A stretch of 64,000 nucleotides of DNA, from positions 15,849,094-15,913,093 of the forward strand of contig NC_080406.1 of assembly GCF_030265065.1 (NCBI RefSeq), read 5' to 3'. Made by a program: the position numbers and the translations under genes. Of this stretch, positions 25,484-39,826 are shown one piece after another (position 1 is the first letter of the stretch; the number at the start of each line of letters is the position of its first letter). The notes beneath the pieces were generated by a model. The model had not been told where the DNA came from. It saw only the letters and a list, made by a program, of their open reading frames with translations, and ran no database searches. The stretch is from Corythoichthys intestinalis. Taxonomy: Eukaryota.

Positions 25484-27665
25484 AGACAGTGTTTTTTTTC
25501 ATTGAAATAACACTGAAAAAGTAGGGGTCGTCTTATATTCGCGGTCTAGACATTATACCCATTCACGACGCTAGATGGCGCCAGATATCATTGAAGCGAT
25601 GTTGTGTCATGACAGATCACAGCTACTCTCAAGTTTAACCAGTTTGCATTATTTTATTGCAATGTTTTTCCTTATTCAGATTTGTTTCAAGACTACAGTT
25701 TGTTAGACCTCACTTTGATGGTTAATGCAGTTATTAGAGCTGGGAATCTTTGGGCACCTAATGATTCGATTACGATTACGATTCAGAGGCTCCGATTCGA
25801 TTATAAAACGATTATTGATGCACCCCCCTCCTTTTTTTTTCTCTCTCTTTTTTTTTTTTTTTTAATGTTTTGTACATTAGTTCCAAAATTGTTCAAAAAT
25901 ACTCTCAGGCTAAACCACACTACTATTTCAGTATCAAGTTAACATATAGCAGTAAACAAATATACAAAAATAACATTAAATAAAAAACTCCAGTCCCCAT
26001 TCTGTATCAGCAGCTTTAAACTACATTCAATTAATTTAATGTTGTGAATCAGCCATTAAATTTGTTAAAATTGCTCCCGTTATTCCATAATTTCCCTTTT
26101 GTCTACTTTCGACATGTGAAAGTTTTAAAACTATTGTAAAGATAGAGTCAATTAAATATTTTACCGATTTAGGAGTATTTTAGATAAAAAGTTAATTAGG
26201 TTTGCTTGGAAGGTTCGCTACAACAGCCTTGCAGGGAAGTGTACTGCTTTAAGATGGCGGCCATTTATAACTCCCGCATCTAGCTTTTTGTCGATGTGCT
26301 GCTAACACTACCAAATCTATAATGCATCTAGTCCTATATAAATGATATCCACCGTGACATTATACGGATGTACTTTTCTAGCAGCTTTTCGGCAGCAGTC
26401 AGGTATGTTGTTGTGTTTTTTTATCTCGTTGCATGAGTTGAGCTAGAGCCGTGAGTTGAGCATTGGCATTACCCGACGGGCCGGGTAATGGGAAGCATGA
26501 TGTTTAGCTACTCTCGCTCCGTTCCGTCCCGAACACCGCGCAGCGCGCTGAGTGTTGTGTACTTCCGCTTTACTTCGCATACTTTAATAATCGGAATTTG
26601 GATGTTTGTGAATCGTTCTCGAATCATCCACGGCCGAATCGCGAATAATCTAAGAATCGGAAATTTTGCACACCTCTAGCAGTTATTGAAATTTTGTTGT
26701 CTTATCACAATAGATTGGTTTATTTACATTTCAAAAACCATAAGCCATTCATTTACGAATGTAATTGCACTTTAGTTTACATATTTAAATGTTCAGATAT
26801 TAAGATTTGAATGAGGCAAAATAACATTCTTTTTCTCTCAAATATATTTTTATAATCATTTGTTTCAGATGTACCGTATTATTTTCTGTATAAAAATTAA
26901 TTTAGTGCTCAAAAGTCTTTTTTCAAACTTGAGTCATGAAAAAGAGGGGGTCGTCTTATAATCAGGGCCGTCTTATATTCGGGCCAATACGGTATCTTCT
27001 TGATACCTGTAGATAAAGAAATGCTAAGGAGAGGGAAAAAAACGTAGTCATTCTAGACATGTTTTTTTCTTGTGGAGCCCTTTTTACAGCTGCTATCATC
27101 TCCCATTCCTCCTTTAAATGAGCAACGTCATGGCTTTCTAGTGCAACAATTAAAACTACATCTCTTTGCAATGCAGACGATTAATTTCTATCTACGAAGA
27201 GCCTCGCTGTTTTCTTCCATAAACAGTGCTACATCAGCACTTCCAAATAATGGTCATGCTGGCAAGTAGTGCGCCACTGCCTTTGCGCTTGTGTGAAAAA
27301 GCTTCGAGTCACCCGACAGATCCAAAGTTTCTGTATTTCCTTATCTTTGGGGAATTTAAGGTATTTAGGCAGATCAATTCTTTCGACATGTTGCTACACT
27401 CAGCCAAAATGCATGTTAGGCAAGTTAGCTGAAATGTTCCAAATTCGATTGAAAAAAATACTTGTCTTGCACAAGAGAAATAAAGAGGAATTAATGACAT
27501 ATTCCATGCAGTAATGTCATATTTGCATGCAGAAGTTCTAAAGTTAAACCCAGTCAATAGTCCTTCAAATATATTCACTCAAAGATTTGCCAAATCAGCT
27601 TATGGTGATAATATATTTAGTGGCTAACATACTCTAACAAACTTTGTTGTGTCACCTTTGTACAG

Positions 27666-27793
27666 GGGTACTTGTGTTTGACAAGTGTTCTGTGCTTTTG
27701 GACCTGAAAAACCTGTCCTTTAAGGAGAGGCGGAAACTGAAGTTGTCTGTGACAAAAAATGGAGGAAGCATTTGTTACGTGGTCACAGAGCAA
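27666..27793 (+). CDS. parp4: parp4 exon, BRCT part 1 (xVLVFDKCSVLLDLKNLSFKERRKLKLSVTKNGGSICYVVTEQ); enters in phase 1 from an unlocated upstream exon
   Basis: Acceptor cctttgtacag|GG and donor CAA|gtaaga. An in-frame stop (taa at 27635) blocks any upstream extension. Parallels the human BRCT region GIFANCIFCLKVKYLP...KENGGKF. Confidence 0.7.
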
Positions 27794-29955
27794 GTAAGAG
27801 AACAAGCACTTGTTTGCATTGGTTTTCTCTTTTGCTTTTCACATGATAACAAAGTACAGTGCTATATTCTCTCTGTGGTTATGTGTGTACATTTTCTCAA
27901 GAATATTGTCGATGACAGAGGCAGCAAATAGGTGTAACACTATAAAACCCCACTAATGAACTGAATAGCAAGAGTTGCAAGATAGTTAAGGCAATTATTT
28001 TCTTCAACATGTTTTGTTCCTGGAAAAAAAATATTGTCGCAAAATGGTTTGTTCTGGGAGACTAATAAGTATTGTTAGATGTACGCAATTGTGCTGTTTC
28101 CTTGGCAACTTGGGTCAGAAGGCGCCAACACTTTGGACCATACAGCGATAAATAAATGAATAAATCAATGATTGAATGAATAAGTGACAGCCTGTCACAG
28201 GAAACATTGAAAATCAGAGACACAACATAAAATTATAAGATGACTTATCCTTAAAAGCAGTAGGATTCTAAAATGAGCTTATTTTCTGTATTTTACACTG
28301 TTTTTTTGTCTGGTTGCTTTGTTCACTTGGGAAAAAAAACATCTCAAAAAGAAACTTCTTTTTCTCCCCTCGTGAAAATAATAAAAGGTAATCTCGGGGT
28401 GGCTATAATTACCTGAATATTACTTCTGAGACTGCCATGCGTTGTCTATCTTTACCGCAACACACACATAGCATTTTAGTAATCTATTTTCTGTACTGCG
28501 AAGTGAAAGTTTAAACGCTTGCATATTCCTAAGTAAAGTCTAATGATGTTTCATTTTAAATAGGGTTTCAACGTTTGCTCATGTTAAGGGCCATACCCAT
28601 GCTGACATTTCCATCTGGGCTTGATGTGGGTTTTAATATGGGCGTATGGGCATCCGTTTTGCTCACCACGGCAAATCATCAGTTTCATCTCATGCATCTT
28701 CCTGTCTAGCACCCATTTGTTCTCATATTTGTTCTCACAACATTCATTAAATGAAATATATATCATATTTAATATAGAAATGCAATGTCCAAAAAAAGGC
28801 TTAAAACCATGCCGTTACGCTAACAGATAACTGATACTTTGATATTACCTGATTTCAATGCAGGTGACGCTCCCAATTCCCACTATTTTTAAAAATTATG
28901 ATTACGCACAGTAATAGCTACGGTAATCCAAAAAACATATTATTTTCAAATTTAGGCATGTGGCCGTATGAGATTCTGAAGGTATGATAACCTTCAGCCA
29001 AAATATCACGATTTCACGGTATGACGGTATTCCAATTACAGCTCTAAAATGTGTTACTTTAAGATATCTGGAAAAAAAACTTTTCCCCCATTTAACAGGA
29101 TTTTTATTTTTCAAAACATATGAGCAAATTGGAACATAAGTATAATTTAAAGTTTAAATAAATAAATATGACAAAAAAATTCATATATTCTAAATAAAAT
29201 TGAAATAAATGCAGTCTTTTAGGTGAGCCTAAACTCAAAGCCACAGCTCAACATTATTACCGTCAGAACAAAAATAATTGCTATATAATTGGGATTATTT
29301 TCCATAAAATGCACGTGCGTATGACTCATATCATATACACACACTCTCCTCAACACATTTGCCAGAGAGACAAAAACACCACATTTTACCACCGCTAGAC
29401 ACACTAAACACGCTAGTTAAGAGTTTACTCTCGTAGCTGGTTGGAAACGTTAATGACAGTGTTAACTAACTTTAAATTTTGTATAAATCTGAAATCATAT
29501 TGGAGCTATTGCCTCCCTGGCAGCCATCCTCCGCAAACATTTTTTACATGTCGGTTGGCCCTCCTCCTCCATGCCGTGGCCGTCTGTAAATTTTCTGTAG
29601 CCAAAGTATTCCCATACCAGCGATGTTGTTTTCTTCGATGGAGGAAAAAGTTCAGAAGTTTCACCTCCTTTACATCGTGTAGCACAGCTGACTCACTGAA
29701 ACTGAGCAACAACCAGTGTGGGGGGTGGGGGGGGGGGGTTGAGGTTTGCAGCTGGAAGCTAGGGATTTCTCCCTGAATTTTGGGGAGATTAAAAAATTGG
29801 TAATACCTTAGGGACGGTATGACGGAAAATTTTAGCAGTTTTGAAACCGTGGCGTTTTCATACCACGGTATACCTTGAAACCGCTAATCGGTACATGTCT
29901 ATTTTCAATATGTAAATCAACATTCCCAGCACTTAATTGTGTATCTCATTTGCAG

Positions 29956-30181
29956 TGCTCCTTTGTCGTGGTCAGCAACGTATCACACCTAAGCACCAAC
30001 AGGCTGCACAGAATCCACAAGTTGCAAACACCAGTGGTGGGGGTGGAATATGTGCATAACTGTCTGGAGAAAGGAATTCTCTTGCCTGTGGAGGACTACA
30101 AGCTTGACCTGTCCACCCTCGATTCACCCTCTTACATGCCTCCTCTCCCCTCAACTCAGCCAAAACCATTCAAAAATGAAG
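29956..30181 (+). CDS. parp4: parp4 exon, BRCT part 2 (CSFVVVSNVSHLSTNRLHRIHKLQTPVVGVEYVHNCLEKGILLPVEDYKLDLSTLDSPSYMPPLPSTQPKPFKNE)
   Basis: Acceptor tcatttgcag|TGC and donor GAAG|gtaata, ending in phase 1. Parallels human CTHIILDN...IANPDFIWKSIREKRLLDVKNYDPYKPLD. Confidence 0.8.
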
Positions 30182-33100
30182 GTAATATTTATTTTGCCGC
30201 AAAACAAAGTGAAAAAAATATTTGCAGAAAACTGAAACAAGCCATCCCTTAAATCAAATGTTTTGTTTTTGTTCCAGTTCGGGAATTCTTATGTCAATAT
30301 TAACTAATATGTTGGTGGCGGTAGCAGTGTGGTGCGTGGGTAGGCGGGTGGTGGTGAGAGTGTGCTGAGGTGGCTGTAGTCTAGTTTCGCCACTTTACTA
30401 TTGGGTAGCACCAAACTTTGGATAGAGTCCTCTTTGTCAATATAATCCCAATAAAATAGAAAATTACATTTTGTTGTAGGCGTACGCTTAAGTTGTGAAC
30501 ATAGCCGCTCTATTAGAAACTGAGAACACAATAGAATATTCGTGCTACAAGTGAGAGATTCTGAACGCAACCGGTGTAGCGATATCACCGTGACGCTGCC
30601 AATGACGCTGCAAAATGAGTGAACCAGACTTAATTGCAACAAGGAAGCATAAGGCTGGTAGGCTGTAAAAATCCATTAAACGTTTTTTTCTTTTTTAGTA
30701 AAGCCACATGGTTCAAAGGAAGAAAAAAAGAGTGGTTTGTAGTCAGAATAATGTGGTATGTTGTTTTTCCATTCTGAGTGTCTTACCAGCTGAACGGGAC
30801 ATATTTCAGGGTTTCTCCTATAAATTGAAAACATTGTGGCGCACCGCCACACCAAAATAAAAGCTGCCACGCCTTGTAAAAGAGATGTTTTTTTTTTTTT
30901 TCCCAAAGTCAGTTTTAAACTAGCAGCAGCCTAGGGTTAATAGTTCAGCGGCAACCTATTCATTGTGTATTGCAATGTCCATAATTAAGGGACGAGCTGT
31001 GACATAGAAGGAAGAACGGGTGAGCTAGTGAGAGATAGCGGTCGCACGTTGCGGCAGCCCGCTGTTATTTCTTTATTATTGTTATTTCATTATTATTATT
31101 AACCTTGATAAATGTGCTTTTTTTCAAGTTTCGAGAACTCTGGGATACTCAAAGTGGTTCTCATGCCTCTCCTTCCTAAGTAAAATGGTACCTCAATATG
31201 CTTTTGTGTGGAAATGTAGTTCACGAACAACAACAACAAAAAAACTATTCACCTTCTCACCGAAACTAGTAAAACTCTTTACACAGCAATTATAATTTCC
31301 TCCTACTCCTTGAAATGGGTCCATTACAAGGGCATAGGTTTGGTCTCAATATTGGGAGGGACGATATAACAGCATAACCTGCATGTACACTTTTTGGTGG
31401 GGACGGGACATTAATATTGCCAAACAGATTGGGTGAATGGGGGTCAGGGCTACATTTCTCACCAATATGAACCTAATTAATTGATAGGCTAAATGATCAA
31501 TGCAAAAATAAATCTGTATTGACTTGTACTAACTTTCACACTTCAAATTTATAACATCTTAATCTGGTAATTAAAAAAAAAAAAAAATGTAGTCGAATAA
31601 TTGTCTCCATCTAGTTTTGAGTGGTAAAGAGTAGTTGGATTAATGGGTCAGATTATTCAATTTACTTTAGCTAAATAATTGTTTTTATTAAGACCGTACG
31701 TTCAAAGGTTGGTCATTTTTCACCAAAATCAAAGAAAAAAATGCTTTCATATAATGTTTTGAACAATATCATTTCTTGAGTTAAAAACATTTCTGAAGAA
31801 AAAAAGATTTTTTTTTAGATTAAATATACTCACTTTTTGCTTAAAATAAGTGTTAAGAAAATAGCTTGTTGAAAATATTCTTATTTCAAGACATCTAAGT
31901 GAGTAAAATGTACTTGAAGCACTGGCAGATAATTTCACTTATTTCTGGTAGATTTACACTGAAAACAAGGGGATTTATCCAGTCATCAGCCAATCAAACA
32001 TGCGTTTGAGGAAAAAAATGGTGTCAGTGTAAGTCTGAACATAATGAAAGTAATTTACTTAATAATGGTAGGGTCACTTCTATCCTTAAAAAATATGTGA
32101 AGGCAATCTGAAAGACCTCTATAAGTAAACTTATTATATAATGCAAATAAGCTTGCTCAAAAGTTGGTGGGGACAATTTGAGCATCCTGGAAAGTTGCTA
32201 GTGTTATGTCTCTAAAGTCCCTACGCAAACGTACACCATTGGTCCATTAACAGAAGGGCTATTATTGTTGTGGTAATGTAGTGCGTATTGGGGCCAAATA
32301 AAAGGAAAAAGAAGGACTACGTGATGTAGATTGCACTATTGCTACGAGAAAAAAAGTCGGATTATTACGTAGGGTAATGTAGCTGTAATCAGCTACGCAT
32401 TTTACGTACATGTAGAGTTTACGACATTAGCCTGGCTCATGAAATATTTCAAATAGGTCTTTGTTATGGTTCTTCTTGGGAAGGAAATGTGAAAAAAAAT
32501 CTCATTTGTCATGCTATGATGCAATTTTGCCATGGCATGACAAGGTGAGGCTCTCCAACTCCGATGCAGCCCACCACCGCAACTACAAAAAAATCCTAGG
32601 GGAAACCCTGTATTTCTAAAAAAAAATGTTTAAACACAAAAGTTATTGATATTCACTACATGGATTTTATTAGACAGCTTTTTTCCTGTGAATTTTTTTA
32701 CCTTATCGTCTCCGAAATTGGTGGGCAACAGGTCAATAGCCGTTTAGCTGATTTGTATTTGGTGTCACTTGACCTTGAGGGCAACCTTGATGTTAAATTC
32801 CACCAGCAGTCATACATACAATTGAAGGGCTCAGTAAAAACTTTCAAAATCTATTTTTGACAATATGACATTCTTTGAAAATGTTTTAAAATATGCTTTT
32901 TTTGAAAAACTCAGTAAGGAAACTATTGATGCAGGATTCACTACAATCTGGTTGCTTTATTTGAGAATCTTTTACTGGTTGATTTCGGTGGTGTATAAAA
33001 GAAAAAATGAAAAAAACTGACACAATCCTGCTACTCTCAGACATACTGGGATTATTTGACAACGCTCCACAAACAATTTAAAACAACAGTTGGCAACTTT

Positions 33101-33218
33101 TCAGTTTTGGTTGATTTTAGCGATGCCGGTGGACAAAAGCGGTAGTGTTTTGCCTTAGGAAAGACTGCATTTCTCATGAATAATGTCCATGTGATGCTTC
33201 TTTAATTTCTATAATTAA

Positions 33219-34605
<1,387 letters not shown>

Positions 34606-35781
34606 TCGCTATCCCTAGTGTCCCACAAGAGAAGGTTTTTATCTAGGTATGACATTTGACTGCTAGTTTTGAATAATGACATTGGTTTTTGAACTTGTTG
34701 TTGATGATAGGATGATATCCATTAAAACTGGAAATCTGATTTTTTGGGGAAGGAAATCTTTTTTTTTTCTTTTTTTTATTTAGGGCCCTATCGTCAGGCC
34801 TTAGTTTGGAGTCAACAAGAGAAAGCCTGCTGTGGGAAATAGAATATATAGTATTTGCGTGTTGGGAAAAAACTGTAAAAGATTTAGGTTTTGCTTGCAC
34901 AAATCCCACCTTGATATATGCCCACGAGCGGTGCAGATAGAGAGTGCCATAAATATGTGGTGCAGACGTGAGGACTAATGGAAAAACAGCCCATGCAGCA
35001 TGTGCACTCTCCTCTGTTTACACAGCGCAGACAGATTGAATCAGATCCAACACCCACCCTGTTCCAGCCAAGCGACTCTTGGCTCTTGTCGATCACGGCC
35101 TTCATTTGCTCATGGCGACGACACGTATTAAAGAGTTGTGCTCTCTCTTGGCTGATGTATGGGCTTGTTGATAAAGCGTCTGCGTCAGGCTCGCTCGACT
35201 CGACACAAACGGCTCGAGGTCATGCAAAGGTTTCTAGCAGCAAACTATGCCAAAAAAAAAACATTCTGAGTTTGCACATTAGGTGTGTGCGTGGGAGATT
35301 TCAGGCACATTTCTCTGGAAGTACAGTGTCAGGGGTGTGGATTCCTTATTCGTCCAGTCTGTCAGAGAGCTGATGACACTGCTGTATCATGTGACAAAAT
35401 GTGTGTATGTGTGACTTTTTTTATGTATTTGCAGTGAGCAGAGACGTCGTGGAGCCTTCCAAGGATGAAGCCTGCCTTCCTGATAAGAGTGAAAGCATAC
35501 CGGACACGTTCAGGTGTGTATAGACGCTGGGCACAGCAAGGTGTTGCATTATGAGAATAGGATTAGGTGTAGAAACCAGTGACGCAGCATGCAACTTGTG
35601 GACCCATAGCGCCGCTCCCTGGTTCTTTCCAGCGTCTTGCCGGTCATCTAAACCAGCTTGTAGGCCACACCCATTTATGTCAAACGTAATTGTGAAAGAG
35701 CCTAATACTATCGTCAATAAACATTCTATAATTATCTGAATGTACGAAGAAACTACAGCTATAGTATATCTATTTCTAATA

Positions 35782-36823
35782 TACAGTTGGGCAAATAAGT
35801 ATTTAGTCCATCACTAATTGTGCAAGTTCTCCCACTTGAAAATATTAGAGAGGCCTGTAATTGTCAACATGGATAAACCTCAACCATGAGAGACAGAATG
35901 TGGAAAAAAAAACACAAAATCACATTGTTTGATTTTTAAAGAATTTATTTGCAAATCATGGTGGAAAATAAGTATTTGCTGAATACTAAAAGTTCATCTC
36001 AATAATTTGTTATGTACCCTTTGTTGGCAATAACACGGCCCCAAAGCATGATGTTTCCACCCCCATTCTTCACAGTGGGTATGGTGTTCTTCGGATGCAA
36101 TTCAGTATTTTTTCTCCTCCAAACACGAGTACCTGTGTTTCTACCAAAAAGTTCTATTTTGGTTTCATCTGACCATAACACATTCTCCCAGTCCTCTTCT
36201 GGATCATCCAAATGCTCTCTAGCGAACCGCAGACGGGCCTGGACGCATGCTCTCTTCAGCACGGGGACACATCTGGCAGTGCAGGATTTGAGTCCCTGGC
36301 GGCGCATTGTGTTACTGATAGTAGCCTTTGTTACTGTGGTCCCAGCTCTCTGTAGGTCATTCACTTGGTCCCCCTGTGTGGTTCTGGGATTTTTGCTCAC
36401 CGTTCTTGTTATCATTTTGACGCCACGGGGTGAGGAGGGAGTTGAAAGTCTGTGTTGCCCAACGACAGCCCCAAAACATCACTGCTCTAGAGGAGATCCG
36501 CATGGAGGAATGGGCCAAAATACCAGCAACAGTGTGTGAAAAGCTTTTGAAGAGTTACAGAAAACGTTTGGCCTCCGTTATTGCCAACAACGGGTACATA
36601 ACAAAGTATTGAGATGAACTTTTGGTATTGACCAAATACTTATTTTCCACCATGATTTGCAAATAAATTCTTTAAAAATCAAACAAAATGATTTTCTGGG
36701 TTTTTTTCCACATTCTGTCTCTGATGGTTTACCCATGTTGACAATTACAGGCCTCTCTAATATTTTCAAATGGGAGAACTTGCACAATTAGTGGTTGACT
36801 AAATACTTAATTGCCCCACTGTA
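35782..36823. mobile_element. Tc1/mariner family D copy, internally deleted (~1.04 kb), with ~220-bp ITRs and a transposase remnant on the minus strand
   Basis: The ITR tacagttgggcaaataagtatttagtc...gggagaacttgcacaatt at 35782-36000 is inverted at 36600-36823. Minus-strand ORF 35999-36415 has the Tc1 motif NVLWSDETKIELFGRNTGTRVWR. Confidence 0.8.
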
Positions 36824-38002
36824 TAGCTCAGCTTCTGGTCCCCATTACCCGCGAAAAACGAGGGATCACTGTAAAACGAATCAATTTGTTTACATAATGT
36901 ACGTAATTTTCTCTACTGTGCCACAACATTTTCGTGCTCCCCTACCTGTCAAATACCACTTAACCACTGAGTACAGTGTATGTAAGAAGGCTTCAATACA
37001 GGGGAAAAATAAGGCTGGCCTGTCAGGCCTTTGAAACTTTTGGCATATCTGCTGACTGCTCAGACAATGCCCCGCTCATGAGTCAAATGTTAAACAGCTA
37101 CCACTACTTGTTACTGTAGAAAATGGATGCTACTTTGTCTAGCTTATTACCGACATGAATTTCGCTGGTTCATGCTGCTTGACTTTTTTAGACACGGGTG
37201 GGGCAAAACTCAGTAGTTTGGATATGTTTTTTTCGCTCATGATTTTCATTCGTGTTTCTGATATTTTGAATACTAACTCTCGCTACATTTCAGCCACCGG
37301 CATAGGTAAGTAATATAATGGGATTGACAGGTTTGTTTTATTTATACTGTAGCCAGGCTTTTGCAATACTGGCCGTGTGTGGAGAATTGTGGGACTGTTC
37401 CATGTTTTTATGCAGACAGTCCTCAAAGTGAGGGCTTTTGACTGATGCTTTTGACACGAGGCGACTTCCATCCGTCAAATGTGTTCTTCGCCAGCGTGAC
37501 AAGAATGGAAAATATTTTCCTCGCCACGTGCCGTTTCAATTCGCCCTTGGTGGTGTGGCGAATGAGTAGCGCGAACCCTGGGTGCCCCAATCTTTGCACC
37601 TATATAAATCTTTTTCGATGCATGTTGCACATCTTCCGTTGGTCCAAAAACCTAGTTTCAATTCGAAATCTTACTTTCACCATCAGTTTTTTTTTTTTTT
37701 TTTGGATACAGTAGATCACAATGAAGTTGCCGATCAAAACATCCAATGATTTATTAATGAAAATAATGAAAACGTCCGGGGTGCCAAAACTTTTTCATAC
37801 CACTGTACATGTCATGGTTGTTTATAAAAGTGATATATAGTGTGTGAGGACTATTACCCTCTTTTGGCTGCACATCAGTGACAACTGTTATAGAGTAGCA
37901 GGCTTATCATGCGAAAGCTCCCTCAGTAGTGACTCCTGAATAACTTCAATGAAAATACTTATCTTGGCACTTCTGCTGTGAATTTTCCCAGGATTCATAC
38001 AG

Positions 38003-38070
38003 TACAGGATGAAGATCTTCCAGCATACCCGGTCGACTTCAATGTGGCCAAGTATTCCATCTTTCATAAG
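38003..38070 (+). CDS. parp4: parp4 exon (V)QDEDLPAYPVDFNVAKYSIFHK
   Basis: Tandem acceptor catacag|tacag. The phase-1-compatible site is at 38003; an alternative at 38008 would need phase 0. Donor AAG|gtgact. Parallels human HLPQDFEVAKYNTLEK. Confidence 0.65.
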
Positions 38071-38146
38071 GTGACTGTGAGGCAACGTTGCTTTGTGCCT
38101 TACTTATCAGAGATAATAATGTGCTACAATATACTTGTCTGTGTAG

Positions 38147-38236
38147 GATGACAGCAGAACTTGGTGTGTGCTGGAGCTGCAGAGCGCCAAGGGATACAAA
38201 GGGCGGCAGTACCGTGTCATTGCCTACTGGAAAGAT
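38147..38236 (+). CDS. parp4: parp4 exon DDSRTWCVLELQSAKGYKGRQYRVIAYWKD
   Basis: Acceptor cttgtctgtgtag|GAT and donor GAT|gtaagt, phase 0 to 0. Confidence 0.75.
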
Positions 38237-38304
38237 GTAAGTCAAATAATTATCTTCAGTTTATTCAAATATTAGTCACACATACTTTGTTTTTGTATTA
38301 ACAG

Positions 38305-38463
38305 CGCACCGAACAACATGACATTGTGACATTCCCCTCAACTTCCGAGCTGGCTGTTGAGGTCTACCAGAATATGATTGACAGCCTGCTTTCTTCGGGT
38401 CAGTGCTTATGGACCGGTAGCCCCCCAAACGACCAGAACCTGGGATCGTACCCGCTGCAGCAG
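38305..38463 (+). CDS. parp4: parp4 exon RTEQHDIVTFPSTSELAVEVYQNMIDSLLSSGQCLWTGSPPNDQNLGSYPLQQ
   Basis: Acceptor ttgtattaacag|CGC and donor CAG|gttatc. The weaker internal GT at 38399 was rejected because it breaks the phase with the next exon. Confidence 0.7.
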
Positions 38464-39588
38464 GTTATCTTACTTTTTAAAACACAAATATCCGAGTAAT
38501 TATGAAAACAGTAGTGGCCAATTAGTCTCTAGAGGGCGTCACTGAGACATAAAAGATTATTATACTATAAAACAGCTCAAGCTTCCTCTGTGGATCAGTG
38601 GTAATACTGGCAACATTATGAGGCAACATAAAATTTATTGTGAGGGGACACAAACACTGCCCCAAACAAAACTGGCTGTGTTACCTAGTTGGCTTCCTAG
38701 TTGTGGTAACAATGCACTTTGTCACTCCTGTTTTGTGAATCCCCATAGCCGCAACCTCCATCAAGTTTTCAATTGTCCAAAATGAACAAAAGACTCAATA
38801 GAAGTCACATAGGAGAAATGTTTTTTTGCTCGAATATTCAATTTTGTTTTAAATTGTGCAGCAACACATCAGCTTTTTATAACTGGTCAATAAAAAATAA
38901 GAAAGTTAATTGTCTAAACAAAATAGAACAGAAGGCAGCACGGATGAAAGTAGCTTGTTTTTCTGTTAATCAGTTTTGTTGAATATCCTAGAATGATTTC
39001 CTGACCAATGTATTGATAATCGTTGTACCGCCATATCGTGCGATCATCGTTATCGTGAGCTTTGTATCTGAAATCGTATTGTATCGTGAGGTACCAAGAT
39101 GTTCCCGCCCCTAATTGAACATCACATTACGGAGATAAGGTAAGATCATTCCAAGTTCACTAATAAAAAGTGCAATTCACTTTTAGTCGCATCTCAATTC
39201 AGTCTTCACATAGGCTTTTCAGATCCTCAATTTGTCAATAAGCCATCAGATGATGATGTATATTCTTGGAAAGCTTCGCTGCTTACCACAAATCAACACA
39301 AAAGCATTGGGTTGAATATAATCAGTAAAGTTGTAATTCATTAAAAAACGTTTATAAGTGACAAGTGCCTTCTGAGAAAGTATTGCTGGGGCCTCAAAGG
39401 AATAAAACGGTTATGGCACACTTGAGTAGCATTCACACATCAATAGTTTGATGGCACGCAAGGTGCTGAGGATGCTCCTACGCTGTCTGAAAGAGTCTTG
39501 CAAATGTCACAGGGTTACTGAAACGTCAGGCACAGCTTCTCTGTGACTATTATGCCGCTGATTGATATGTCGCTTGTTCAACTGGCAG

Positions 39589-39726
39589 CTGCTGCTGGAG
39601 GAAAAGCTTAACACAAGATCCTTGTCACAAGACGTGGCTGTCTTTGTGGAGCTGCTTTGGACTGAGGCCTTGGGTTGCCTTGGTGACGTTCTTCGAGTGC
39701 CTGTTCAGAAGCTGAGCCTCAATGAT
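39589..39726 (+). CDS. parp4: parp4 exon LLLEEKLNTRSLSQDVAVFVELLWTEALGCLGDVLRVPVQKLSLND
   Basis: Acceptor ttcaactggcag|CTG and donor GAT|gtaagg. Parallels human LLLEEVMNSSTLSQEVSDLVEMIWAEALGHLEHMLLKPVNRISLND. Confidence 0.8.
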
Positions 39727-39826
39727 GTAAGGCTGTTTTTACCATATTCAACTGATAGTTGTGGGGCTGGACCAAAAGTCATATTCCAATATACTTAGGC
39801 TGAATATCAATATGTTTATGCAATAT

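Noticed and set aside
26480-26680. CpG-rich stretch (cgcagcgcgctg...cgaatcgcgaataatc) as a candidate parp4 promoter or CpG island
   Set aside because: The CpGs sit within gattcg/aatcg repeat motifs shared with 25725-25830 (probably transposon subterminal repeats). No TATA or Inr context or 5' exon could be tied to it.
27644-27665. ORF-track start M at 27644 taken as the parp4 initiator
   Set aside because: The codon is TTG, not ATG. A taa stop at 27635 precedes it in frame, and a good 3' splice site at 27665 indicates the exon is internal.
38399-38400. Alternative donor GGG|gtcagt ending the exon at 38398
   Set aside because: It would leave phase 1, incompatible with the only acceptor of the next exon (39588). 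Read-through to CAG|gttatc at 38463 restores the match to human ...QLQA|LLLEE.
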